DNA of 64,000 nucleotides from NCBI GenBank assembly GCA_001782235.1, contig MFOC01000003.1, positions 47,851-111,850 of the forward strand. The letters run 5' to 3'. Below are positions 18,649-28,854 of the stretch, piece after piece. The stretch is from Candidatus Levybacteria bacterium RIFCSPHIGHO2_02_FULL_40_18 (GTDB taxonomy: Bacteria; Patescibacteriota; Microgenomatia; Levybacterales; GWA1-39-11). The notes below the pieces were generated by a model. It was not told the DNA's origin. It made no database searches and saw only the letters and a list, made by a program, of their open reading frames with translations. How positions within the stretch are numbered: position 1 is the first letter of the stretch; each line of letters opens with the position of its first letter. Made by a program: the position numbers and the translations under genes.

Positions 18649-19728
18649 ATGAGTAAAGAACCACTACGACCTAGCACTCCATTTGCCGAGCGGACAGATG
18701 CGATTTACGGAAAAACAACTAGATCGGCTTCTCCTCGACCTAGAGGTTGGGCAGCCAGATGGGCTCGATGGGCTCCTCTGAGAGAAAAGGCAGGCATTAA
18801 TCCAGATGATGAAACAGCAGACATGTATCCAAGCGACGCAAGGACTTATAAGCTACTGTCGGAAGAAGAACCGGTGACATGCAATCAACTTGCACGAACT
18901 CTATATCCTGACTTAGATATTAAAAAAGCAAAGAGTAGTGCTGTCTCCCAAAGCATGGCCAGATTAAGAAAAATGCTACCGAGTCTTATTAATAGATCAG
19001 TTGTTAATGTTGGTACTCCACGCCACGCAGAGTATTTGCTGGTTGAGGCCGGTCGCGAACAGGAAGTAATTGAACGCTATGCGCGAGAAAGAGAAGAAAA
19101 ACAAGCAGAGACTACTCCATCAAGACTAAGGGTTCGGGCAGCTGAATTAAGCCAAAGAATGGACAAGAAATCAAGTAAGACACAACTTAAGGAAGATGAA
19201 ACCGAACTTGAGGAGGGAGTTGAAGCTACGGTTAGCCGGAGCGATGAGGATTTGCAGTGGGCACAAAGGTTTATTGAGGAGTCAGGACTCGATAATAAAA
19301 CCGAAAAGGTGTTTGGTGAGGAAGAAAGTCAAAAATTAATGCCTCGGGAACATGTACAGAAATCCCCATCATTAAAACTTACCCGAGAAGATCAATATTG
19401 GCTTGCAATGTCTATAGTTGATTTCAATGGTCAGTACGTAATAACTGATGAGCTCGGAAAAAAGATAGGTACTGAAACCCTCGACTCTTTCAGGCGTGTT
19501 TTATCAACTAGAGGTTCTTATGTTTATTCGGCCCAAGAAGGCCAGAGAATACGTGTCATTCTTAATCAAGCTTCCAATAATAATACATCATTTATGCGAG
19601 AGAATGGGCATCACGCATGGATTTCTCGTGCGCTTGAGCTTCTTACACCTCAAGACAACTCAAAAAGTCCGGGAGATGTTTTCTGGGAAATATACGAGTA
19701 TATGCACCCAAGGCCTGCTATGCACTAA
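18649..19728 (+). CDS. Hypothetical protein with possible winged-HTH region
   Basis: VTCNQLARTLY...VSQSMARLRK resembles an OmpR-type wHTH. Confidence 0.55.
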   Translation: MSKEPLRPSTPFAERTDAIYGKTTRSASPRPRGWAARWARWAPLREKAGINPDDETADMYPSDARTYKLLSEEEPVTCNQLARTLYPDLDIKKAKSSAVSQSMARLRKMLPSLINRSVVNVGTPRHAEYLLVEAGREQEVIERYAREREEKQAETTPSRLRVRAAELSQRMDKKSSKTQLKEDETELEEGVEATVSRSDEDLQWAQRFIEESGLDNKTEKVFGEEESQKLMPREHVQKSPSLKLTREDQYWLAMSIVDFNGQYVITDELGKKIGTETLDSFRRVLSTRGSYVYSAQEGQRIRVILNQASNNNTSFMRENGHHAWISRALELLTPQDNSKSPGDVFWEIYEYMHPRPAMH

Positions 19729-19755
19729 TCATCATTTTTGTATAATATAAGAGAA

Positions 19756-20385
19756 ATGGAGTTTTTGGTACCGCTTGTTATCTTAATCTTTTCTGCGATG
19801 CTGCATGAAGTAATGCACGGCGTGGTCGCCAATAGGTTGGGTGATCCGACCGCAAAGCTTATGGGGAGACTAACCCTTAATCCCATTCCACACCTTGACC
19901 CGATGATGAGCATTCTCTTACCTGCTCTTTTGGTTTTGTCAGGATCACCGGTTATCTTTGGCGCTGCAAAACCGGTCCCTGTAAACCCAATACATTTCCG
20001 CGATCCAAAAAAAGACATGGCATTGACAGCCCTTGCTGGGCCTTTGACGAATGTGTTTCTTGCCGTATTTACGGCCCAAATTATTAAGCTTATTCCCTCC
20101 GGGGCAGACCCCCTCTGGGGCGGCGCCCTCTCATCCTTCTTATATCTCGTCGTGCTATATAATTTAATGCTTGCAATAATTAATTTAATTCCCATCCCCC
20201 CACTTGACGGAAGCAAGGTTGTAGCGGCAATTATGCCAGATGATTTAGCTAAATCTTACTTATCAATTCAGCAATTTGGTATATTTATTTTATTCTTTTT
20301 GTTGCTCTTCCCCATCGGCGACTTTTCCCTGGGCAGACTCATTAGCAACTTAATTTTCTTCTCGATAAACTTACTTGGAATATGA
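19756..20385 (+). CDS. Site-2 protease (M50 family)
   Basis: HEVMH, GRLTLNP, AGPLTN, NLIPIPPLDG; the ATG at 19756 follows TATAAT. Confidence 0.93.
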   Translation: MEFLVPLVILIFSAMLHEVMHGVVANRLGDPTAKLMGRLTLNPIPHLDPMMSILLPALLVLSGSPVIFGAAKPVPVNPIHFRDPKKDMALTALAGPLTNVFLAVFTAQIIKLIPSGADPLWGGALSSFLYLVVLYNLMLAIINLIPIPPLDGSKVVAAIMPDDLAKSYLSIQQFGIFILFFLLLFPIGDFSLGRLISNLIFFSINLLGI

Positions 20386-20459
20386 TAATGGAAAATAGTT
20401 ATTGGAAAATGGAGATTAGTAAAACCATTTTCTAATTTCTAATAACCAATTTCATTCAT

Positions 20460-21089
20460 ATGGCGTATTTAGTTTTGGTTCGACATGGACTCTCTGACTA
20501 CAACAAAAAAGGTCTTTGGACCGGCTGGGATAATCCTCCACTCTCAGAAGAAGGATTCGAACAATCCCAAAAAACTGGCGCCGAATTAACTGATATTAAA
20601 TTCGACTTTGCCTACTCTTCTGATCAGATTCGCTCAGTCCAAACAATCGAGGAAATATTTAAAGCCACAAATCAGAATATTCCAATAGTTCAGGACGCAA
20701 CGATTCGAGAGCGCAATTATGGTACTTATACCCGGAAAAACAAGTGGGAAGTACAAAAAGAGATTGGAGATGAAGAGTTTAAAAAACTTCGTCGAGGATG
20801 GGATTATCCTATTCCGAATGGCGAGAGCTTAAAACAAGTCTACGAACGCGAAATTCCATATTTTAGACAGGAGATCGAACCAAAACTCAAGGAAGGCAAA
20901 AATGTGATTATCGCATCTTCCGGCAATGCCCTTCGTGCGCTGGCAAAATATCTCGAAAATATTTCTGATGAACAAATCTCGGAAGTGGAAATAGGCACGG
21001 GCGAAGCCTACGTTTACACTATGAATGAACGTGGAGAGGTAGTTACTAAAGAAATAAGAGGAACGAATCCTAATCGTGGCAAAATATAA
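20460..21089 (+). CDS. gpmA: 2,3-bisphosphoglycerate-dependent phosphoglycerate mutase family
   Basis: LVLVRHG, WTGW, ERNYG, PNGESLK; the usual second His (AHGNS) reads SSGNA here. Confidence 0.8.
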   Translation: MAYLVLVRHGLSDYNKKGLWTGWDNPPLSEEGFEQSQKTGAELTDIKFDFAYSSDQIRSVQTIEEIFKATNQNIPIVQDATIRERNYGTYTRKNKWEVQKEIGDEEFKKLRRGWDYPIPNGESLKQVYEREIPYFRQEIEPKLKEGKNVIIASSGNALRALAKYLENISDEQISEVEIGTGEAYVYTMNERGEVVTKEIRGTNPNRGKI

Positions 21090-21135
21090 TCTATATAAAA
21101 AATAAAATATAAAATAGTAAATATACATATTAAAT

Positions 21136-21237
21136 ATGAAAAATGAGAAGAATCGAGAATTTAAGAATAGATTATATGCGTTAATTTTAAGAACAATAAG
21201 ACTTGTAGAAAGCGGGGGTAAAAGAAAAAATATTTGA
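21136..21237 (+). pseudogene. Internally deleted four-helix-bundle gene remnant inside heptamer arms
   Basis: MKNEKNREFKNRLYALILRTIRLVESGGKRKNI*, flanked by an aaaataa/aatataa arm and a ttttact/atattta arm. Confidence 0.5.
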
Positions 21238-21285
21238 TTTTTACTATGTATTTTTTATCTTTTATATTTAATATTTAATATTTAT

Positions 21286-21903
21286 ATGAAGTTAATAGTC
21301 GGTCTGGGAAATCCCGGAGAAAAATACCAAAATACCCGCCACAATATTGGTTTTATGGCGCTGGATTCTCTTTTGGAAAAATTCGAGCCGGTCGAAAAAA
21401 CATTTTGGGAAGAAAAAAAGAATCTTAAGTCCAATATTAAACACATTAAGTTTAGTATCCAGGATCCAAGATCTAAGATCCAAGATCTAATCCTTGCCAA
21501 ACCCACTACTTTTATGAATGCCTCGGGATTTGCGGTTTCAAAGGTTTTAAATTATTACAAAATCGAACCGGTCGAGATGATAGTCATTCATGATGATTCG
21601 GATCTGCTTTTAGGGAAAATTCGAGTGCGATTTGGGGGCGGCTCTGGCGGCCACAAGGGTGTCGCTTCAATTATCGAAACTATTCAAACAGACCAATTTT
21701 TGCGCGTAAGGCTTGGGATCGGCCGGTCGGAGGATGAGAAACTTGGTAAAAAAAGACACAAGAAGCTTGACAGATATGTCCTTGGCTCTTTCTCACCGGC
21801 TGAACGCGGGCACGTTAAAACTATGATTCGCGAAGCGACACGTGCAGTCGAGTTAATCCTTGAGCACGGCCTCGAAGTATACATGAGCAAATACAACAAG
21901 TAG
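21286..21903 (+). CDS. pth: Peptidyl-tRNA hydrolase
   Basis: LIVGLGNPG, TRHNIG, KPTTFMN, HDD, GGHKG. Confidence 0.96.
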   Translation: MKLIVGLGNPGEKYQNTRHNIGFMALDSLLEKFEPVEKTFWEEKKNLKSNIKHIKFSIQDPRSKIQDLILAKPTTFMNASGFAVSKVLNYYKIEPVEMIVIHDDSDLLLGKIRVRFGGGSGGHKGVASIIETIQTDQFLRVRLGIGRSEDEKLGKKRHKKLDRYVLGSFSPAERGHVKTMIREATRAVELILEHGLEVYMSKYNK

Positions 21904-21939
21904 TAACTAACAAATTAACGAAAACAACAAAGTAACAAA

Positions 21940-22302
21940 TTAACGGGACGAGCGAAGTTTTTTCGAAAGTCCACCTAACTGTTTTGTAATACTTTCCGCT
22001 AATTTAATTACTTCATTAAAAGAAGTTTTTTCTATTAAAGCATTGTCAAGCGCAATATCTAGACAAGCTACGGATTCATTTATTGAACCTAATGCATTTT
22101 CTATGTATCGTTTGAAATCCTTATCAGAGTACTTAGCCGAACCTTCTGCGATATTAAGACAAGCTGATAGTATAGCTCTTCTTAGTTGATCTCCAAGCTC
22201 CTAATGTTCTCGAGGAAATAACTTAGTTATCGCTACTATTCTTTTATAAAGCAATTTGCTGTCTTTGTATACCTGAAAATCTAGAAATCTGAAAGTTTTC
22301 AT
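21940..22302 (-). pseudogene. Four-helix-bundle (23S rRNA IVS / TIGR02436-like) gene with an internal TAG
   Basis: MKTFRFLDFQVY...FPREH*ELGDQLRRA..NIAEGS..ALGSINE; stop codon at 22201-22203. Confidence 0.8.
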
Positions 22303-22379
22303 CTCGTCTTAGCTTAATTCGAACAATATCAAATTGTCAATTTGTCAATTGGTTAATTTGTTAACTGTTGAGCGGAGCT

Positions 22380-25300
22380 TTAGGGGGCGATTTCTCTCCA
22401 TCTTGTGTAAGAGGTTTTATAGAAATCAGTTAATTGCGTTATAAAGTCATATCTTGAGGAAACATAAAGAGAGGGGTAATTGCGATCCTCAAGACATAAG
22501 GACCTATTGTTAACTACGGAGCCTGCCCCACCGGACTGGAATGGCTTAACCGAATTTGCAATTAGTGCTCCACTAATATTGAGTCTTCTGTCCGCAGCTC
22601 CCGATGGACATCCATCACCATCCGCTATAATGTCCCCTTCTGCTGTAAGAATTCCGTTAAGATGGGTGGTTGTAACTGACGGATCGGTTGACCCAATGCT
22701 TTTGTCAACTGTGATATTGCCTTTGGCGGCGATAATCAGAAGACTACCGGAAGGAACAGAAACATTGCTTTGAATAACCACATCTCCATTTACAAGAAGC
22801 AGCACCCTTGCTCCTGCCTGATGTGAATAGGAAGTAAGCGTCAGATCTCCATTATTAAGATGATAAGCGCCGGTTGCAAGATTAGAAATCCCGGTAGTGC
22901 AATTACCGCCGGCACAGCCCGGGATATTATTAGTTGTTACGTTTTGCTGCGCGATTCTGTTCATATAAAATGAATAAGACATGGCGCCATTCCTGTTTCT
23001 TGAGTCTTCCTCATAAGTATACTCATCGTTTACTACCCATCCTTTTGTTGATGCATTGCCTGATCCAAACTCGGAGACAAAATTTGAAGAATAGAAGACT
23101 GACGGATTATTCGTATCTGTTGAGGCATACTTTCCTCCCGGAACGTTATTTGATAAGTTGTTCATGCGAACATCACCTGTTGTTGTCTGAAACCAGGACA
23201 CAACATTTGAAATACAGAAGTCCAACGTATGGTTTGCCGAGAAATCAAAGGGGCCATAGGTAAGTCCTGAGAAGCCGGAGGTATTCCATGAACCTCCGTC
23301 AAATCGCACGGCGCTAATATGGTACTCAGGGACGCTTGATAGCACGGCAGTTTTATCTCCGCAAACGGTTGTATCAGCTAAGCTGTAAGCACCTGTGCCA
23401 TCTGTGCTATCAGAACCCGTTTGAGTACCTCCGCCATCAAAAACTGTGACGGTCGCGCTAGCACCATAAGGCGTTGAGCCACTTGCGCAATTATTCCCGG
23501 CAGTATCTTCTCTCACGGTCCCGCTCAAAATGTTACGCGGGGTAACTGTTAAATCCACGGAGATCGCGGAAGTTCCATTAGGATTAGTTGCGTTAACCTC
23601 CTGCCTTACTACCTGATCAGAGCAGATGTTACTCGGGGCAGTATAAGTTGTTGTGGGACCGCTTCCATCGTTATTCGATCCCGGATTGCTCCCTCCTGGG
23701 ATCGCACCCTCGCTATTATCAGAAGGATCATAGCTTCCGGGGTTGCCCGCATCGCCGTCTGTGTGACATCCAGGATCGTTGGTATCAACTAATCCGTCTA
23801 AATCATTGTCAATTCCATCCTGACACTGAGGAACAACTGTTGGAGGAGGCCAAGAATAGGTTGGAGGTGTAAGACTAACACAGTCTTGCGCGGTTATCGT
23901 GGTACTTTCACCGGCTCCAACAGTTGACGAGGCCGCGGTCAATGCTTCGCAGAGAGGCGGGATTGGGGATTCGGACGGAAATCCGGGCACATAGCTGCCC
24001 GGATTTCCTGTGTTCCCGTCAGTATGACAGTCAGGATCTTGTGAATCTACCCCTTGTGATCCATCGTTATTAATCCCGTCAGAACAGGCAGGATCCTCAC
24101 TTGGGTCAAAGGGGTCATAATCGTTTGGTCCAGGTGTTGGGGTTGGAGTTCCGGGACCCGGAGTCGGCAACGGACACGAGGGACTAACGACTCCGTTAAT
24201 ATCGCAGCCCAACTCGCAGGCATCAATTATCCCATTTCCGTTATTATCTGCGTTATCTTGACACTCAAGATTATCTGTGAGTCCAAAGTTAACCGTTGCA
24301 TTGGGAGGAACCGTAGCCGGCGCTGGGTCTGTCATTGTGGAGGTATAGCCGGAAGGAGGCGTTACGTCTACATTATAATTTCCCGCAGGAATATCTGTGA
24401 AAATATAGTCTCCTGAAGAATCTGTAGTTTGTGGACCAATCCCGGGAATTGTGACCGCTACGCCGCTCATTCCATTTTCCCCTGTATCGCGCGCTCCGTT
24501 TGCGTTTACATCGTCAAAGACGTTTCCCGAGATTATGGAGGTGGTTGACCCATAGGTGCAGGCCTGACCGGCATTATATAGCGACCAGATTTCGGATGCG
24601 TTCAAAATCCTTTGCCAAACGCCTACTTCATCTATCCTGCCCGGAAAATAATTAGCGCTTCCGTTATCCTGGCTCCCTATTGCCGAGCTTGCGGATGGGG
24701 AATTTGGTGTTGTTGACGCGCTGAAAGATATGGATCCCGTGGTCGTCATATGATTGCCGTTAATATAGATGTCAACCGTGTCCGCAGAATAATTTATAAC
24801 GCAGGTAACATTGTACCAGCTCCCGGTTGAAATGCCGCTGTTCGTTGTAGTAACCCTTTGGAGACTTTCTCCATCCGCTGATCTTCCTCCGCATGTCATT
24901 TGTCCCAGGCTTGGAGTTCCAAAAGTAATATAGGCTCGCGAATTGCTCGTCGGCGTTCCCCCATTGTTGATCGAAAATGCGACAATCTCGCTGACTGAGG
25001 TTACTGATGTTAGGTTTATCCAAACGGACATAGTGAGTGCGGAGACATTCTGGGCTATCGTTCTATTGGCTCCCACGTTAACCCAGTCTGACGATCCGTT
25101 AAAGCTTCTCGCATAGTTGAGCTTGCCCGCGGCAGTAGGAGACGCTCCGTTTGCCGTTGCATCGTTTCCGTTTTCCGTTGCGTCAGCAAGGTTTGAACCC
25201 GCTGTCTCATCCATTTTCCAAAATGCTGCGGCCGTGACGGGACATGTTGCGTTTGAGACCGGGGTGGGCGTTGGAGTTGGAATCGAAGTAGGAGTTGGCG

Positions 25301-25922
25301 TGGGAGTCCGGGTCGGGGTTGGTGTGGAGGTTGGTGGTGCCAGATTCACAAAAATCGCGAATGCGCAGTCCCCGGAAGAAGACGCGTCAGTCATTTCTAC
25401 ACGTCTGGTTGAGGCAATATAGCGGACGTCGCATTCAGGATCAAGACCTGAACTTGTATTTGTTGAGAGCCTCCAATCGGAAGAAAGGCTTGACATGACG
25501 TAACAGCCCGCTTCAAGACTACCGCCCCAGGGAGGAGATGCCGTAATTGAACAGGTAGGAGTAGAAAGAGAAACGTTGTAATTCCCTCTGTCTCCTGTGA
25601 TGGTCGCATCCGACTCGCCTTCCCATCCCGCAAATGCAACATCGGTCGCAGCAGCAGGAACCGTTCCTATCGTACACCAGGCCGTCGAACCTGCATAAGT
25701 ACCATTCCCATTGCCGAGCCATTTCCAGCCGGATCCCGATGGGGAACCTGTTTCAATGCTACAACCGGGTGCGGGGGTGGGGGTAGGAGCCTGGGTCGGG
25801 GTTGGTGTGGGAGTGGAATATTGGGCGTAGGTCTTGCCTAGCCCAGAGGAAACAAAGAAAGCAAAGAACGCGAATAAAAATACCCAAGCAAACCCCGCAC
25901 TACCTCTTAAAAAGGATCTCAC
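22380..25922 (-). CDS. Large secreted surface protein (LamG, SdrD-B-like, CxDGxDND repeats)
   Basis: Signal peptide, PT linkers, WKMDE...GRIDEVGVW (LamG), GNVFDDVNANG (SdrD-B-like), three C-x-D-G/N-x-D/N-N-D/N repeats. Confidence 0.8.
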   Translation of the reverse strand: MRSFLRGSAGFAWVFLFAFFAFFVSSGLGKTYAQYSTPTPTPTQAPTPTPAPGCSIETGSPSGSGWKWLGNGNGTYAGSTAWCTIGTVPAAATDVAFAGWEGESDATITGDRGNYNVSLSTPTCSITASPPWGGSLEAGCYVMSSLSSDWRLSTNTSSGLDPECDVRYIASTRRVEMTDASSSGDCAFAIFVNLAPPTSTPTPTRTPTPTPTSIPTPTPTPVSNATCPVTAAAFWKMDETAGSNLADATENGNDATANGASPTAAGKLNYARSFNGSSDWVNVGANRTIAQNVSALTMSVWINLTSVTSVSEIVAFSINNGGTPTSNSRAYITFGTPSLGQMTCGGRSADGESLQRVTTTNSGISTGSWYNVTCVINYSADTVDIYINGNHMTTTGSISFSASTTPNSPSASSAIGSQDNGSANYFPGRIDEVGVWQRILNASEIWSLYNAGQACTYGSTTSIISGNVFDDVNANGARDTGENGMSGVAVTIPGIGPQTTDSSGDYIFTDIPAGNYNVDVTPPSGYTSTMTDPAPATVPPNATVNFGLTDNLECQDNADNNGNGIIDACELGCDINGVVSPSCPLPTPGPGTPTPTPGPNDYDPFDPSEDPACSDGINNDGSQGVDSQDPDCHTDGNTGNPGSYVPGFPSESPIPPLCEALTAASSTVGAGESTTITAQDCVSLTPPTYSWPPPTVVPQCQDGIDNDLDGLVDTNDPGCHTDGDAGNPGSYDPSDNSEGAIPGGSNPGSNNDGSGPTTTYTAPSNICSDQVVRQEVNATNPNGTSAISVDLTVTPRNILSGTVREDTAGNNCASGSTPYGASATVTVFDGGGTQTGSDSTDGTGAYSLADTTVCGDKTAVLSSVPEYHISAVRFDGGSWNTSGFSGLTYGPFDFSANHTLDFCISNVVSWFQTTTGDVRMNNLSNNVPGGKYASTDTNNPSVFYSSNFVSEFGSGNASTKGWVVNDEYTYEEDSRNRNGAMSYSFYMNRIAQQNVTTNNIPGCAGGNCTTGISNLATGAYHLNNGDLTLTSYSHQAGARVLLLVNGDVVIQSNVSVPSGSLLIIAAKGNITVDKSIGSTDPSVTTTHLNGILTAEGDIIADGDGCPSGAADRRLNISGALIANSVKPFQSGGAGSVVNNRSLCLEDRNYPSLYVSSRYDFITQLTDFYKTSYTRWREIAP

Positions 25923-25949
25923 ACTTTAATATTATGCAAGCAAAAGGTC

Positions 25950-26083
25950 AGTTGTCAATTGTCAGTTCTCGGTTGTCGGTTGTCAGATAGCTGTTTATCT
26001 GTTCTCTGTTTGTCAGTTTTTAAACAGACTGACTGAAGACCGACAGACTATAATCCGAAAACAGAAAACGGAGAACCGATAAC
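25950..26083. repeat. Intergenic copy of the radA-type palindromic heptamer element
   Basis: cagttctcggttgtcgg...gtttgtcagtttttaaac...gagaaccgataac. Confidence 0.7.
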
Positions 26084-26136
26084 GGTATCGCCCGTGATAC
26101 TTGTGATACTTCTGATACTCGTGGTACCCTTGGATT

Positions 26137-27333
26137 ATGACGATTATTATTTTCTCAGCTCTCCTCTCCCTTGCCGTATTTCTTGAGGGTATCGGAATCC
26201 CATACGATAGAAAAATCCCCCTCTACCTATTGCTCTCCCTGCCCTATGTTTTATTTATTTTAAACAGGAAATGGAAAATCGAACTCCCCCGAACTTTAAA
26301 AATTTTATTTGGTGGTTTTTTGTTTTTTTCTCTTGTTTCGACGCTTCTCTCTCCCAATGTTCGAACTTCAATTGAATACTTGTTTCTTTATACATCCGCG
26401 TTTTTATTTTTCGTTTATATCATAAATAATAAAGAACAGATTGAACGATTTATGCTTCCGTTAATCTTTGCTTTTTCCGCACTTTTTGTAATTTACTCGC
26501 TTGCCTTACCCGCGCTTATCCGCACTTTTCCCTTCCTCGAACCACAATTCGGCTACCAAGTGGTCTTTTCAAAATTCTTCTCTCACAATCACCTCGGCGA
26601 CTTCCTTCTTCTACCATTGGTAATGCTTTTCTATTATTTGCTTTCAAATCGAAACTCAACTAATAATCGATCTATTATCTATTATCTATTATCTATTATC
26701 TTATTCCTTCCCTACTTTCTCTTCTCTTTCTCCCGAAGTGCTTATCTTGCGCTGTTTCTGACACTTGTTCTTATGGTTGCGGGGCTCGTTCGAACAAAAA
26801 TGTTTAAATTCAGCCTGCCTGCCGTGATTCTTTTAGTTTTCTCCCTTCTCCTGCCGCTTTTGTTTATCTTCTCGGTCGTACAAAGATATGATTACAGCCT
26901 GTCCAGCAGGATAAGTTATCTTCTAACAAACCGATATGGTCTTGAGTATAAAGAAGAAAGTGGAAACAGGCTTGAATATTTAAGTCAAAGTTTTCTTTCA
27001 ATTCGCAAGAACCCTCTTTTTGGAACGGGGCCTGGGAATTTTATCGAGGCCTCGAATAAATTTAAGGGGAATTATTCGACTCCCACAGAAACTGCCCACA
27101 ATGTCTTTCTTGAGATGCTTGTTGAGAACGGGGTTTTGGCCGGGATTGTGTTCGTTTTTTTGATTTTCGAACTTCTTCGCCGCTCCCAAAGAAACGTATA
27201 TTTCTACATGGCACTTGGGCTCCTTATCAATTTCCAGACCGACTACACATACAGAATCTACTTCCTTTTTGTACTGTTTTTCATACTGTTAGGACTAGCC
27301 TACAAAGAAGGTTCAATTGATGATAGACTGTAG
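26137..27333 (+). CDS. O-antigen ligase (Wzy_C) family
   Basis: SFSRSAYL, PLFGTGPGNF, AHNVFLEMLVENG. Confidence 0.88.
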   Translation: MTIIIFSALLSLAVFLEGIGIPYDRKIPLYLLLSLPYVLFILNRKWKIELPRTLKILFGGFLFFSLVSTLLSPNVRTSIEYLFLYTSAFLFFVYIINNKEQIERFMLPLIFAFSALFVIYSLALPALIRTFPFLEPQFGYQVVFSKFFSHNHLGDFLLLPLVMLFYYLLSNRNSTNNRSIIYYLLSIILFLPYFLFSFSRSAYLALFLTLVLMVAGLVRTKMFKFSLPAVILLVFSLLLPLLFIFSVVQRYDYSLSSRISYLLTNRYGLEYKEESGNRLEYLSQSFLSIRKNPLFGTGPGNFIEASNKFKGNYSTPTETAHNVFLEMLVENGVLAGIVFVFLIFELLRRSQRNVYFYMALGLLINFQTDYTYRIYFLFVLFFILLGLAYKEGSIDDRL

Positions 27334-27370
27334 AAGCTAGAATGTAGAATTTGAAGTTAGAAAGTAGATA

Positions 27371-27733
27371 TTAGAAAGTTTTCCAGTTGTTTCGTAAATT
27401 ATTGAGTTTACCGCCTAGGTAAGAGTAGCGCTTAAGTAAATCTTCGCATAAATTCTTGTTCCAATAGTTTAAATCTCGCGCGGTCTCGATATGCACCTCC
27501 ATTTCGTTTGCTGAACCAATCGCTGCATCAAGGTGTCTTTTAAATTCCTTTTCAAATCTCCTTTTGGCCCAACCCTCAGCTATGTTTGATGGACAAGACT
27601 TTGATGCTCTTCTCATTTGAGAAGCAAGGTCGTTTCTCTCATATACCGGAAGCTTTTTAACTTCTTTATGAACTATTATCATTAGCTCGTAGCTTTCTTT
27701 ATAAACCTCGAGGTCTCTGAATGTCTTTATCAC
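27371..27733 (-). CDS. Four-helix-bundle protein (23S rRNA IVS-like), intact
   Basis: FRDLEVY, LASQMRRASKS..SNIAEGW, AIGSANE; flanked by tagaa/ttcta heptamer arms. Confidence 0.9.
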   Translation of the reverse strand: MIKTFRDLEVYKESYELMIIVHKEVKKLPVYERNDLASQMRRASKSCPSNIAEGWAKRRFEKEFKRHLDAAIGSANEMEVHIETARDLNYWNKNLCEDLLKRYSYLGGKLNNLRNNWKTF

Positions 27734-27816
27734 CCACTTATACTAACAATTCTTACTTCTACTAATCAAGCTTCAAATTCCAGCTTCTAATTTCCAGTTT
27801 CTAACATCAAATGAAG

Positions 27817-28566
27817 TTAATATTGATAATACAGCGAATAAACCGTCAGCTCGGAGTCCGGGGCAACGTCAACAAAAGCGTTTAGTAATTTTCCGGAACC
27901 AAAGAAAGAATCGGCAAGCTGTACTACTCTTGTAGGTAAGCCTGGGGTTGAAACAAATACGTTTTTCCCGTCCGCAGATACAATCAGCCCGAATTTCCTG
28001 AAATCCTCCCCATCTTTACTTTGTGCAATAACGGTGTAAGTTGATTTCCCTTGGCTCCTATATTCAAACACCCAATTGCTGCCTTTATTGTTCGGGTCGA
28101 TGTATCTGAATAAATGAAGCGCCTTATAGCTTTCGTCTGTGTACTTTTTTGAGTTATTGAACGTTATACCACTCCCATCCTTTGAGTTATTCACGCTCAA
28201 TTCCACATCAATTCTTAAAAGTTGTCTTACCTGTACGGAACTGCTTGCGATAGGTTCAAAGAGCATCTCCTCTCCTTTGTTTGTATACTTCTGAAGATTG
28301 TTGGACTGGACAACCGCCATTGTCTTGATAGCCTGATTCTGAGCCGGACTGCCGGTTTCAGATGTACCTCCGAGATTGGAGGATCCAAGATTGCCGGACT
28401 CTTGTTTGGGCAGAAATGAGAGCGCGGGAACAATATCTGAGACAGGTATAATATTGAAGTAATTAAGAGTGGCAAGAATTCCAGCTACAAGAAGTAAGGC
28501 TATTAAGATCTCCGTGAGTCCCGCGCCAAGTATTGAAAGTGAGTTCTTCTTTGAAGAATCGTCCAT
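27817..28566 (-). CDS. Membrane-anchored hypothetical protein
   Basis: N-terminal TM helix, beta-rich C-terminus. Confidence 0.65.
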   Translation of the reverse strand: MDDSSKKNSLSILGAGLTEILIALLLVAGILATLNYFNIIPVSDIVPALSFLPKQESGNLGSSNLGGTSETGSPAQNQAIKTMAVVQSNNLQKYTNKGEEMLFEPIASSSVQVRQLLRIDVELSVNNSKDGSGITFNNSKKYTDESYKALHLFRYIDPNNKGSNWVFEYRSQGKSTYTVIAQSKDGEDFRKFGLIVSADGKNVFVSTPGLPTRVVQLADSFFGSGKLLNAFVDVAPDSELTVYSLYYQY

Positions 28567-28637
28567 AAAACCATGGTAGGCAAAAGTCTAAGTATTGTCA
28601 ATACCCTATGATCACATCCTATGTTAAACTAACTTAA

Positions 28638-28850
28638 ATGAATCTCAAAGGAATTTTAATTCTTGCTGTGCTACTTACCACCGTTAAATCCGCAATTTTA
28701 ATTAGCGCAAATCTCCTTAAACCTAAGCTCAAATACAACCTCATTTTAATCTCTGTTGATACACTTCGCCCTGACCACATGGGGATCTACGGTTATCCCA
28801 AAAATACCACCCCCAACATAGACACTCCTAATTTCTCTGTGATAATATGA
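28638..28850 (+). pseudogene. Truncated 5' duplicate of the sulfatase-like gene at 29481
   Basis: YNLILISVDTLRPDHMGIYGYPKNTTPNID nearly matches the 29481 protein, then stops. Confidence 0.85.
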
Positions 28851-28854
28851 GTTT

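Noticed and set aside
22201-22203. Stop-codon recoding of the in-frame TAG
   Set aside because: TAG ends many ordinary genes in this window; a single nonsense mutation is the simpler explanation.
21940-27733. Diversity-generating retroelement (Avd-like genes)
   Set aside because: No reverse transcriptase, and no TR/VR pair with adenine-specific mismatches was seen; the duplicated gene ends differ at all base types.
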